From Eukaryota sp. TZLM1-RC (Eukaryota; Protista; Metamonada: BaSk clade): a DNA stretch of 64,000 bases. The position numbers were made by a program, and so were the translations under genes. Positions within the stretch are counted from its first letter, which is position 1, and the number at the start of each line of letters is the position of its first letter. The notes below the pieces were generated by a model. It saw only the letters and a list, made by a program, of their open reading frames with translations. It did not search any database and had not been told where the DNA came from. The stretch covers positions 372,001 through 436,000 of the forward strand of contig JAUPSS010000010.1 in the NCBI GenBank assembly GCA_040285825.1, in the 5' to 3' direction. Below, in pieces: positions 48,800-59,148 of the stretch.

Positions 48800-48948
48800 T
48801 GTTAGTCTTGAATAGTATTTACAGCTTAGTATTATAGTTTATTTAGTTTTTGCCAATTAGTACAAGGAGAGAGAATACAATTCCTCTTCTTAATAAATCT
48901 CATTACATTTATACAGCTATGTCCGACACTAACCAGACAAGACCATCA
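48800..48948 (+). repeat. 3' LTR (149 bp)
   Basis: PPT GAAAAAGAGGAAAATGCAG, then TGTTAGTCTTG...CAAGACCATCA. Confidence 0.9.
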
Positions 48949-49517
48949 AAATTGGTCAACCTATGTACCTATATCCCAACTATTATTAAATTCTACTAAA
49001 AGCATAAAAACAGGTTTTACTCCCTACGAACTTATGTTCGGTTCTTCGAGTAGTGCAAGAACAGACCCTCCTAACATATGAGGGAATTTATCCAAATTCG
49101 ATACCATTATGCCTTTATTAAATGTCATTGAATTGAAAAATACTCGTCTAAAAGAAAAAAGGCAAGAAGCAAAGCGTCACCAAACATTTAATACTCCGAC
49201 TTCAGTAGATAATACTAATTCGCGCTAATTGGACTATGTCTTACGTAAAACCAAGCAAACTAATAAACTGCATGGATCTTGGAATGAACCATTCTTAGTT
49301 ATTGACATTCCTTCCGAATCCACTTTATTATTAAAGAATCTTACTACTGGCACTTAGTTTGTAGAGATTATTTAGTTATTTGTTATATTTTTGTTTCATA
49401 TTCATATAAGCTGATTTATTTTGAAAAAGGAAAGAAGCAGTGTTGGCCTTTATGCTTATATCAAATGAATAGAAAATAAATCAGACGTTTCTTTACTACA
49501 ATAGACCTTAGGCAACA
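48949..49517 (+). mobile_element. Older Gypsy 3' remnant (integrase fragment, PPT, short LTR 49441-49517)
   Basis: NWSTYVP..QLLLNS, TGFTPYELMFGS and KLHGSWNEPFLVID, followed by PPT GAAAAAGGAAAGAAGCAG and TGTTGG...GGCAACA. Confidence 0.65.
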
Positions 49518-49879
49518 AAAGGAGTATTGACGGCATATGGACTTCAGCATATCAAAAGTTATGGGCCTGGAGGTTTTCCAGATTGAAAACGTAAAATTGC
49601 AGTTTCAACTTCTTTTTCAGACAGTGGATTTTGTTGTAAATAAAATAGAAGAACAACTTTGTTTATGATAAATTTAAATGACTGAGCCCAAAAATCCAAC
49701 CAAAAAACTCATCTCCTTTTTTTCATAAATTCATCTACATCATTTTTTTCAAAGAGTCATCTAATTCAATTTCACCTTCTTCTAATCCTTTTTTAACAAT
49801 TGGTCTTATAAGATTATAAAAAGGTCTATCTTCTTTTGAAACGTTCGATGCAGTCATGTTGAAAGAGAGGAAAAGGCAG

Positions 49880-50019
49880 TGTTAGTCTTGAATAGTATTT
49901 ATAGCTTAGTTTATTTAGTATCCGCCTCATAGTATAAGAAGAGAGAATACAATTCCTCTTCGTAATAAATTTCATTACATTTACTTTGTATGTCGCAATC
50001 TAACGAGCAAAGACCATCA
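49880..50019 (+). repeat. Orphan LTR with its PPT, nearly identical to 42054-42193
   Basis: Same 140-bp length and about 3 substitutions by eye. Preceded by GAAAGAGAGGAAAAGGCAG. Confidence 0.9.
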
Positions 50020-51059
50020 AAGGGCTGATTGGCACGAAGATTTTCTATCATCTGAAGTTGATTTTCCAAAAGCCGCTCAACCAATAGCAGTTCCTGTAGC
50101 TAAAGAGAGCAGTTCTGTAGTCTTGCTTGTTTTTGGTGTGATGTTTGTTTTGTCTGGTTTAATGTCAATCTTTGTTTTTTTAGTATTTATTCTCATTACT
50201 GTGGACAACTTTTGTCATAAGAAAATATGACAATTCAGAATTAATTCCCCAATAAAAATACTATTACTATGACTGTTTAAATTTATTTATTTTTGTTGTG
50301 TAAACGAGTATTTTTATTTTTTTCAAGTTTTCACGAATATTTTTGGTTTACGAAAGAATTTGTGTAGTTTTGATGGTTGTAACGGGTCTGGCCATTTTAC
50401 GATGACCTGTACTATTGTTTTGTTTAGATTTTTGATTAAACTTGCTTATTAAACAGTAGTTTTATTGATCTTTGTAATGTTAGTAGTTGTTGAAAATCAG
50501 TAATAATTAGTAATTAATTCTACTGTAATTTTAGTAATTACTGAAGACCAAGTCCAGTAATCTCAAGCTATGGAAGTAACTCAGTCACAACCAAAGGAAA
50601 CTTTACATAATGATTCGGTGAAAGGGTAAATACCAGGTAACATCATAATGGTCTAGGAAAGGAAGTAAGAAATGAACACAATTATTTATGATTGAATCAT
50701 GTCTCCATTTAGGGCTATTGTGTATTTCGGGGATATGATAACTTGGACAACTGCATAAAATATTACACTATTTATCTGTTTTTCACCAAGAAACATCAAA
50801 GAAACCACTAAAGCTCCACATCCGCAAAACCTACCTCTTCAACAACGAAACAGTTATATACTAAAGATTCTAAAAAACGACAAAAAGAGGAAAACGAATC
50901 AGAAATTAATTTCACCATTCCGTTAAAAAATGAAAACACAATTCAATTTTGCCAATAAACACTATTAAAAAAACATTAAAAAAACAGCTCTTTATTATTA
51001 ATATCAGTATCACTAAAGTTCAGCGTTATTGACTAATAGTGTCTTCTTGAGAAGCGGAT

Positions 51060-53537
51060 TTAAACAACCCAATCAAGTTCATATCCTTCGATTTCAACCA
51101 ACTTGTCTAGCAAAAAATTGACTCTTTTTCCTGCTCTACACCACACATATACTATCAAATCAACCACAGAAATGAAAACCAAGATAACCAAAAACAAAGA
51201 AAAAATAGGCGGAGTAGGTTCAAAACTTGGCTTTGGAGGGGGAAGGTCGAGTTGAGGATGTTCTTTTGGATCTAAAGCGAAATCAGTATGCCAAATGGCA
51301 TCTGTGGATACTAAATGGTTATAAAAATTATTCAATCTAATTATATATTGACCCATATCATTCTGCTCATCCAAGACATTTTCAAAAAGATAGGAAGGTC
51401 TTGATTGCTTCAAAGTAACCACACCAACCCCACTCCAATCTGATCTTACTATACGATTAGCCGAGTTAAGTTCACCTCCCATTGAAATAAGCGAGAGTGA
51501 ATGACGAGAAAGAGTGTCATTTTGAGGGTTTAAGAGGCTCCTTCCAAGGGTATGAGTAGCCGTTTGAGATCCAGACAACTTAATAATGGTGTCAGTAATA
51601 TCTAGAGCCGATACAGGTCTGGTATCAATGGTTCCAGGTGGAGGTAACCCTAAACTTTCCCTCTCTTTATCATTACCAAAGAAAGCAATAGCTCCACTAG
51701 TGAAAAAGGTTTGATCTCCATCAAATGGTTGTTGTGGACAACCCTCACAGTGGGTATTTAACCCGCTCTTATAAGCTGCATGATCCCCAAGAACTACTAA
51801 TATTGTATTCTTTGCTCTTTTCCTAGACTTTAAATAATCAACTAAATTCTTAATTAAATGTTCATCAGCATATCTGATGGCTCTAATGTACCTTTCACCT
51901 TTATCGTCAGGTACTTCACTTCCAACATTCCTCACAGTATCAAACGTTGTGTACGGTGCATGAGAGGAGATAGACATTAGCCAACTGAATATAGGTGATT
52001 TACCTTTTAAATTCTTGTCAAAAGATTTCATTTTTTCCTTAAACTGCTCAACTAAAATTCGATCATTATTCCAAATACGAGCAAATCTTTCACCCATTGG
52101 AATCACCTGTTCAGCATCACTACCATGATTCTTGTATTTAAAGTACACATCATCGACATTTGCTCGACGTAACCAATCAATCAATCGAGAATACCTAGGA
52201 CTACTGGCAGAGAGAAACGTTGTGAAATAATTGGCAGGTGATCTCTTTATCACGTGATAGATTGAATCAAACTCCTTCCCGAGTGTGTCGATGATTGTAT
52301 TACCGTGAGATAAAGGCCAGCCCATATTAATAAATGACCAGAAAGCATTTGAAGTAGGACAACCATTGGAAAATAAGTTTTGGTAAAAAACTCCGTGATC
52401 TTTAATTAGTTTATCTAAATGGGGAGTGGTAGAGTTGAATTTATTATTTTCATTTAATGATATAATGTTTCCGCTGAGTGACTCCCACATTACTACGAAA
52501 ATGTCGTAGGTTTCTGATTGAGCTTGATTAGGGGTTTGATTGAATTTTTCATCAATGCATATCTGGTCTTTTGAATTAAATTGACAATACTTTGCTAAAT
52601 TACCATGCACTAGTGGATAATCATTTGAAATCCAATACTCATTTTCTGGTAAAGGAAATAAAGTTCTGAATAAATTTAAATCTTTTTCTACTTGATTTTT
52701 CGGATAATGAGGAGGCTTAAAAAAGAAAAATAAATCCACACTCTTTGTGGATTTCACAATAGGGTCAAAAGATGACGTTTGCTCACGTGTCATGGGGGTT
52801 AAAAGGATCAAAAAACAAAGGAAACTGATTGCTAAAAATGATCGAACAGATACTTTGTTAATTCTTTTAATTAAATTTGGCATTTTGAAGTGAAGGAAAA
52901 CAATTAAGAAACTTGTAATTAAAATAGAAATAAATGACTTAATTATCAAGTTTAGCATTCTTTTATAAACTTTAGGTACCAAGGTTTTGGAAACGGTCAA
53001 ACTATCAATTATGATTGAAAAGGGATTTCCTCCTGTACTTGAAGTAATGTAAGCCTTGATGGTAGAAGGGGTAAGTTTCTCCCCAGATGTGAGGTTGAAG
53101 ATTAAATCAGCAATGGGAAGGCACAGAATGAAAAGAGAAATGGAGTATAAGACAAGATAGAAGAGAAGAAGGGTGGATTTAGGAGATTTGGAACGTTTGG
53201 TTCGAGAGTGAAGAAATGCAGTTGCGAAGGAAAGAGTGGCAAAGAAGCACACGTACAGAGATAGTGTGACAATCAGTGATTTGCGGAAAGGGACAAGCAG
53301 AACAGATGTGTTTAAGTGCTTTTTCGGTCCAGCACCTTTGCCACTATCAAAAAGGAACTCAAAACACTGTAAGGAAATGTAAATACGAGATGAAATGACA
53401 ACATAAAGGATGGGAATAAATAGTGCGTGTTGATGTTTATCCAAGTAAGTCGTACAATAACGAACAAAACGTTTAATTGGTGATGTTAAGGGATGGACTG
53501 ATAGAGAGGCTGTGGGTACCAGCATTCTTGTAATCAA
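51060..53537 (-). CDS. Polytopic membrane protein with LtaS/phosphoglycerol-transferase-like (alkaline phosphatase/sulfatase superfamily) domain
   Basis: About 5 N-terminal TM segments, DIFVVMWES, TPHLDKL, SNGCPTSNA (putative Thr nucleophile), SISSHAPY, AIRYAD, NTILVVLGDH and a C-terminal TM. Start codon uncertain. Confidence 0.8.
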   Translation of the reverse strand: MITRMLVPTASLSVHPLTSPIKRFVRYCTTYLDKHQHALFIPILYVVISSRIYISLQCFEFLFDSGKGAGPKKHLNTSVLLVPFRKSLIVTLSLYVCFFATLSFATAFLHSRTKRSKSPKSTLLLFYLVLYSISLFILCLPIADLIFNLTSGEKLTPSTIKAYITSSTGGNPFSIIIDSLTVSKTLVPKVYKRMLNLIIKSFISILITSFLIVFLHFKMPNLIKRINKVSVRSFLAISFLCFLILLTPMTREQTSSFDPIVKSTKSVDLFFFFKPPHYPKNQVEKDLNLFRTLFPLPENEYWISNDYPLVHGNLAKYCQFNSKDQICIDEKFNQTPNQAQSETYDIFVVMWESLSGNIISLNENNKFNSTTPHLDKLIKDHGVFYQNLFSNGCPTSNAFWSFINMGWPLSHGNTIIDTLGKEFDSIYHVIKRSPANYFTTFLSASSPRYSRLIDWLRRANVDDVYFKYKNHGSDAEQVIPMGERFARIWNNDRILVEQFKEKMKSFDKNLKGKSPIFSWLMSISSHAPYTTFDTVRNVGSEVPDDKGERYIRAIRYADEHLIKNLVDYLKSRKRAKNTILVVLGDHAAYKSGLNTHCEGCPQQPFDGDQTFFTSGAIAFFGNDKERESLGLPPPGTIDTRPVSALDITDTIIKLSGSQTATHTLGRSLLNPQNDTLSRHSLSLISMGGELNSANRIVRSDWSGVGVVTLKQSRPSYLFENVLDEQNDMGQYIIRLNNFYNHLVSTDAIWHTDFALDPKEHPQLDLPPPKPSFEPTPPIFSLFLVILVFISVVDLIVYVWCRAGKRVNFLLDKLVEIEGYELDWVV

Positions 53538-54252
53538 TCAAACAATGTCCCAGACAATATGATTTCGTTTCCATTGTTATGACTCGACCTGGATGATTTG
53601 TACATCTCAAAAGATAAACACAATCACATTCATACAATTACGTACAGCATTGTTGACAGTTAGTCATTCTTTCTTTCAGTCTTATGTTTCCAAAATTACC
53701 GCATGAAGTGATGTGATCAATTAAGCAAGAATCACGTCATTTACATTCCAATTTTGATGAATATTGAAGAGCCAACTCAAGACGTAATCGTATGACTGTC
53801 ATACATTGGATATCCATTGTTTATTGATGTATTTCAAACCGGTGTAGAGTTGGTGTTGGACTGTTTTGAAAAGAATTTGTATTGTATAAAGCAGAAGAAA
53901 CTTCTTTTAAAGAAAATAATAAGTGGCACCTGATAAAATTTGCATATACATTTGATTTCATGATGAAGTTCAACTTGGACTCTCCAACAGGTCACAGACT
54001 GAATATAATACTGAAATCCAAAAACAAACTCACAATTTCAGGGGCTGAAGCCATATTTCTGGAGAATAGCGAAATACAAGAAATTGAAGACTTATCAAAA
54101 GCACATGGCACAACAAGTGGGATTGTGGTGTATGAGTTGAATTAGTACGGTTTTACAGTTCCAAAATGTAGTAAACCTTGTCATATTTGTTAGTAATTTT
54201 AATACACAAGGAAGGATTTTTTTAAATTAATTAGCATAGGAAATGATTTTCA

Positions 54253-55899
54253 ATGCTTTTTAAGAGGACAACATATTGCCGGAAGGTTCAACTCATACGT
54301 GTACTAGTTTTATTGGCTGTCATTGGTTTGTTTCCTCTTGTTCTATTCATATCGAAACCTCTGCCATTACCAGAACATCAAAGTGATTCCTCATCTCATC
54401 AGATACGTTTCAATAGCTCTGGTATATCATCATCAGCTCAACTTTCCTCGACAGTCCAATATCATTTCCACCACGCATCAAAAACAGACAATTTCTCTCT
54501 CCGTAATCCTCAGCATCCTCTCAACTACTATAATGTTCATGGTAAAATACTTACTCCCTCTTGGTACATTTATGCTTCTGTCCCTTCTGATAACCATCTT
54601 TCTTTCAATCGATTTGGCATATACCCCACCATTCTTCCACCCTCTACCTCCTCACTCTCTCCTCCTGATGACCACTTTCTTGTAGTCCTCTCCTCTCACA
54701 TTCTACTTGACCAGCCAACATTTCATACTTGGTTTGAAAAGACTCTCAACTCTCTCGAACCTGATGGCTCGGCTTGTCACTCAATCAAAGTAAATGATAA
54801 CAAGGCATGGGTCATGGTATCACTCCGTCCCTTGACCAGACAGGACTTTCCCTCCAAGTCAGACCATTCTCCCTTTGCTTCCTGCTACTGGACTCATCCT
54901 AAACGTAATCCCAACACTCAAGATTTGGAAGGTTCTCCCTTTGGTCATGTTAATGATTGTGTCTCTGTCCTCAAACAATCTAGAATTGATAGCGCTTTTA
55001 ACCCCGTTAAAGTACTTACGGAACAACATTTAAAAAATCTTAGTCCACAGTATAAAGAAGAAAGAACAGCTTATGTCTTTGGTTTTATGTCTAAAAAGGA
55101 TAACTCTAAATGTTCCCTACAATCAATGGATAAGAAAGAGGTTTTTTCAATGATTTATGCAGTTAAGCAAGTTCGAAAGTTTTCAGAGAGAAGAATTATT
55201 CTATTGGTAGAAGATGATTGTGAACAGGATTTCATCAATAATTTTGATGGAATTCAGGATTTAGAAATCATTCCGTTTAAAGTTGATTTTAAAATGGAAA
55301 TTACTAGGTATTTTGAACATGATTTTTTCAGGGCATCTTTCTATATAAAATCTTATTTCATGATGAAAGTCAATGATTATATTCCAAATAATCCAATCGA
55401 TAGAATTATTTCAGTAGATTGGGATTTGTTTCTACTCGATTCTTTTGATGAGCTCTTTGATCTTCCAATACCTTCTATTTCTTTATTAGGTACCAATTCT
55501 GTCGGAGGAAGCACTGTTCCAATGAATGGAGGTTTATTGGTCTTTTCTCCTGGTAATAATGAGTTTATGGAATTTTGGAAATCTTTATTTAAACCTTGGC
55601 AAGGTTGGAGTTATTTTACAAATAACAATAATATTAGACATTCAGAGCAAGAAACTTTTCTTTATTGGTTTAGATTAAATGATGCTTTTTATTACTTACC
55701 CCCTGTATATAACATGGGATTGAAGTATATTGCTCAAACTAGGCAATTTGGAGGTGATATTAATGATTACAAATTCAAATGTGTTCATTTTTATGGAGGA
55801 AAAAAGCCACACAAATTACTAAATGGGGGAGGAGTTTTCAATCAAATTTTGGTTGATCACTTTCCTGATTTTGTGGAGATGGTTTCAAATGGTGTTTAA
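54253..55899 (+). CDS. Type II membrane GT8-family glycosyltransferase
   Basis: N-terminal TM, RIISVDWD (DxD), DELFD, MNGGLLVFSP, EQETF, LPPVYN and VHFYGGKKP, the glycogenin/GT8 signature motifs. Confidence 0.85.
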   Translation: MLFKRTTYCRKVQLIRVLVLLAVIGLFPLVLFISKPLPLPEHQSDSSSHQIRFNSSGISSSAQLSSTVQYHFHHASKTDNFSLRNPQHPLNYYNVHGKILTPSWYIYASVPSDNHLSFNRFGIYPTILPPSTSSLSPPDDHFLVVLSSHILLDQPTFHTWFEKTLNSLEPDGSACHSIKVNDNKAWVMVSLRPLTRQDFPSKSDHSPFASCYWTHPKRNPNTQDLEGSPFGHVNDCVSVLKQSRIDSAFNPVKVLTEQHLKNLSPQYKEERTAYVFGFMSKKDNSKCSLQSMDKKEVFSMIYAVKQVRKFSERRIILLVEDDCEQDFINNFDGIQDLEIIPFKVDFKMEITRYFEHDFFRASFYIKSYFMMKVNDYIPNNPIDRIISVDWDLFLLDSFDELFDLPIPSISLLGTNSVGGSTVPMNGGLLVFSPGNNEFMEFWKSLFKPWQGWSYFTNNNNIRHSEQETFLYWFRLNDAFYYLPPVYNMGLKYIAQTRQFGGDINDYKFKCVHFYGGKKPHKLLNGGGVFNQILVDHFPDFVEMVSNGV

Positions 55900-56274
55900 G
55901 TTATTGGAAATTTTTTTTTGAATTCTGTTTAATATTAAATAAAATATTTTCTCACATTTCATTTATTTTTAAACAAAAGTTGAGTGAAAGACCTGTTTCA
56001 CATTCTGCTAAACGAGCTCATGTTCCATCTAGTACAATTCTGTCAATAATTTGACAATCAACCTAATGAACAAACCTATTTAACACAACAGTATTGTTAT
56101 ATGTATTCAGTAAGGTTGTTAGATAGCCTTCTTCATGACTGGCTACGGGATTTTGACGGGACTACGGACATGAACCATTCAATCTAACAGTAGAGGGTGT
56201 TTACCTTTTTATACAATTTAATTTATTCCGATGAGAATTCTGATTTGCATCTTGCTGATTCCTTTTTGAAATCA

Positions 56275-57370
56275 TCAAGTAATGTAAAGCAATAAAATAT
56301 TAGTAAGTAACCCAAGGGATTTCAATAAGTCACAGCCTATCAAACAAGAGTTGGGACATTCAAGAACAGCTAGAGTGGTGGAAACGTAAGTCAGTTGGGC
56401 AGTTTCACCCAGAGCAAAGGCGAGAGTATTAGATACTAGTTGAAACTCAACTGAGTTATTGTCAGCTAGATTCAGTTTCAGCGAGCTTCCGGTTGGTTTT
56501 AATCTGGCTACATTCACGAAATTTTGGGAGATACAAGAAATGGTAGCGCTTGTAATGATCATACCATAGATGATCTGGTCCTTGCTAGCGAAAATTCGTA
56601 AATGTCAAAGTTTACGATCCATAAGTTTGTTAAGTTTCTTTAGGGGAATGGTAATTTTAGGGTTAGGAACTATAACAGAAGCATGAAAAGTAGGAGAGGA
56701 AGGGTTGGTCTGGGATAATGCTTTAGAAGGTTTCTTATCTTGATTTGATTGTAATAGAAGTCCTAAGCTCAGTTACTTCTCCGTCGTGCCGAGTACAGTC
56801 AGCGTACACCGAAAATGACCATATCTACCTTGGCCTTAACTACGGCCTCTTTGAACATTTTTAAAACTATTGAAACTATCTCTGAATGGTTTTCCTCGGC
56901 CCCTACTTTTGCCGATGTTTCTACGTTGATCCATTGGAATCAGAGATCTAGTGCATCCAGGATTTCCACATTCTGCAATTGCGTGGCTTGGTTTCTGACA
57001 AACAGTGCAGAACTCATCACCTTCGCTGTGATGCTTCTTTTTTTTAATTGGGGATGAATGAATCAGGTTGACTTGTTCTCTTCTTCATAGCTGAGGTGTG
57101 AAAATCACCTGTTTCTATTCTGGGTCTGGAAGCAGCTTTCCTCAATAGCTGAACCGTCTCCCTATTTTGTGCTACCTTCATCTATGATAATAAATCGTTT
57201 TTAACCTTTCGTGTTAATTGGGGGAAGCTCATTAGCTTGTTCTTCCAATAGCTCTCTTTACAGAATTCATCGAACAGGGGCTCAGTGAAAGCTGAGTTGT
57301 TGATGCCTGTTAAAAAGGCATGTGTCACTGTCGACATTAGAAGAGTGATTACTCCACTTGGGTAAATCAC
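56275..57370 (-). mobile_element. Highly decayed retroelement remnant (aspartic protease-like fragment and upstream sequence)
   Basis: ITSATISCIS...LNLADN...CLIGCDLL resembles a retropepsin with a lost catalytic Asp. The upstream part is not identifiable. Confidence 0.45.
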
Positions 57371-57374
57371 AACT

Positions 57375-57870
57375 TCGATCCTTATTGATACATTTGAAAT
57401 AAACAAATAACATCATTAATGATTGAGTTTCCGTTTTTCACGATTGTAATCAATATTAATCAAGTCCAATAACATTTCCAAGTCATCATGGGTTAATTTT
57501 AATTCTTTCAAATACATAAGACGATTACTGAATTTTTCAGTCCTTATGATTAGGTTTTGATTAGGCGATGGAGATGGTTGATGAAGTAATTCAGGCTGTG
57601 AAGGCGACAGAGGTGAACCCGGGGAATTCCTTAGTTGTTCAAGAGGATGAGAAGCAGTTTCAACGGTTGTAATTAAAGGGGAAGTAAAAGCCGATACAAC
57701 TAAATGGAAACAGATGTAAATGCAAACAAAACAATGACTGTGCCAACGCACCAGCGAATGGACGACGAGACCTGACGCAAACACATTGAAACAATCCTAT
57801 TTATAGATTGAAAAGTCATAATCTGGATACTGAGGTTTTCACTTCTATCACATACGTAAAACCCTGGAGT
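57375..57870 (-). pseudogene. Second internally deleted copy of the 11368-13173 gene
   Basis: Same PSPSPNQNLI deletion junction as 6930-7430. Confidence 0.85.
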
Positions 57871-58644
57871 GAATAAGAAATTAATTTCACCATTCCCTAA
57901 AAAATGAAAAATACAATCCTGTTTTGCCAGTAAACACAGTTGAAAATTCTTCCAGTTATTTCCTTTACAACTACAACAAAATCCTCAAGGAAAGCCATAG
58001 CAGCCTTACCTAGAGATCCAAGCAAAGAAAAACCAAATGGACATAAATTATATTGGGCATGAGAATTTTCATTTACTGAGGAAATGGGTTTCGCTTATTT
58101 AGCAATTCTATATTTTTCGCCAACAAAAAAGGATTAATTACATTTGAGTTAATAAAATGTTCGTTAGAAGAATTACAAGGGCCAATGGACATGGCGTCTA
58201 AAATAGTGAAACTACCGTTTAAGCCAGGAACAAAAGGATCACCTCTCGTCAGACCCATCGAAGCTCTGTTGTAGCGGGTATTATCAGTATTAAGGTCATC
58301 AAGAAATAATTTCGATAACATGTGAGTATCTCACTAGTGAGTACCTAAGTAATTATATAAAATAACATTAAATAAAATTATCTTTATCCTAACCCGCCTT
58401 ACACTTACATCTATAGTAACATACAGCTAACATACTGCTTAACGGCAACAAGCAAAGGCTCTCAAAAGGAATCTACTCAATATGATGTGCACATTACATA
58501 AATTTGGTCCCTGACATTATTATGCACTTTACTTCTATATGTGATAAAATGTTTACAGTTCCAAAAATGAGTAAACAAAAGAGGTTTACCACATTTAGAT
58601 GTTAAATGACTGAGCAATTTTTTGGCCATAGAAAACACCGAAAA
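57870..58644 (-). mobile_element. RLE element family R2 fragment containing a solo LTR (58321-58450)
   Basis: Collinear with 7430-8140, including the same solo LTR at the same site. Confidence 0.85.
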
Positions 58645-59148
58645 TGATGCCGTTAGGCAGATGAACACACGAAGGAGAGAGAAAAATCTGAGTTTATTAA
58701 TAAAACTGATTCATAAATGAGTATCACGTCATCAGTCGAAATACAAAGAAACCTACTAATTCAATTTGAGTTCAACAACAACACTACTTTTTCCCACTTT
58801 TCTGAGGACAAATACAGTACTGGCTCAATAGAGGGAAGATATGGGGTTTGTTAAACTCTTTGGTGCATCGTTTGTGTGACACACATAATTCACCTCATGT
58901 TTGATTTTAGTTGGACAATCGCGGGAGATGTGTCCAGGCCTGTGGCACTTGAAGCACGATTGATTGTTTAAATCCAAAGAGCGCCAAGAGGACCTCGTTT
59001 TAGTGCCAGCCGTACGTTTCACATCATTAACTGAGGTTTTGAAACCACGAGTCCATGAAGCAACCCTAGAGCAGTCCAACAGCTCATCAGTAGTGGTTTC
59101 GACAAGAGAGTGAAGATTTGGGAATACATCATCTTGAATTCTCGCTAG
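58645..59148 (-). mobile_element. gag: 3' half of a dispersed gag-only LTR element related to the array unit (gag end, PPT, LTR 58645-58783)
   Basis: LARIQDDVFPNLHSLVETTTDELLDCSRVASW...CFKCHRPGHISRDC..KHEVN aligns with the array gag. PPT AGAAAAGTGGGAAAAAGTAG, LTR TGTTGTTG...CCTAACGGCATCA. Confidence 0.85.

Larger units (their letters stand above)
42054..48948 (+). mobile_element. Near full-length but defective Ty3/Gypsy element (family A), 6.9 kb
   Basis: LTR 42054-42193, leader ORFs, gag 43627-45300, protease, RT (YIDD), RNase H deletion, integrase, PPT and LTR 48800-48948. Flanked by AAAT (42050-42053 and 48949-48952). Confidence 0.9.

Noticed and set aside
53882-54145. Small standalone gene
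   Set aside because: Non-ATG start, 87 aa and no recognisable motif, so it cannot be supported.
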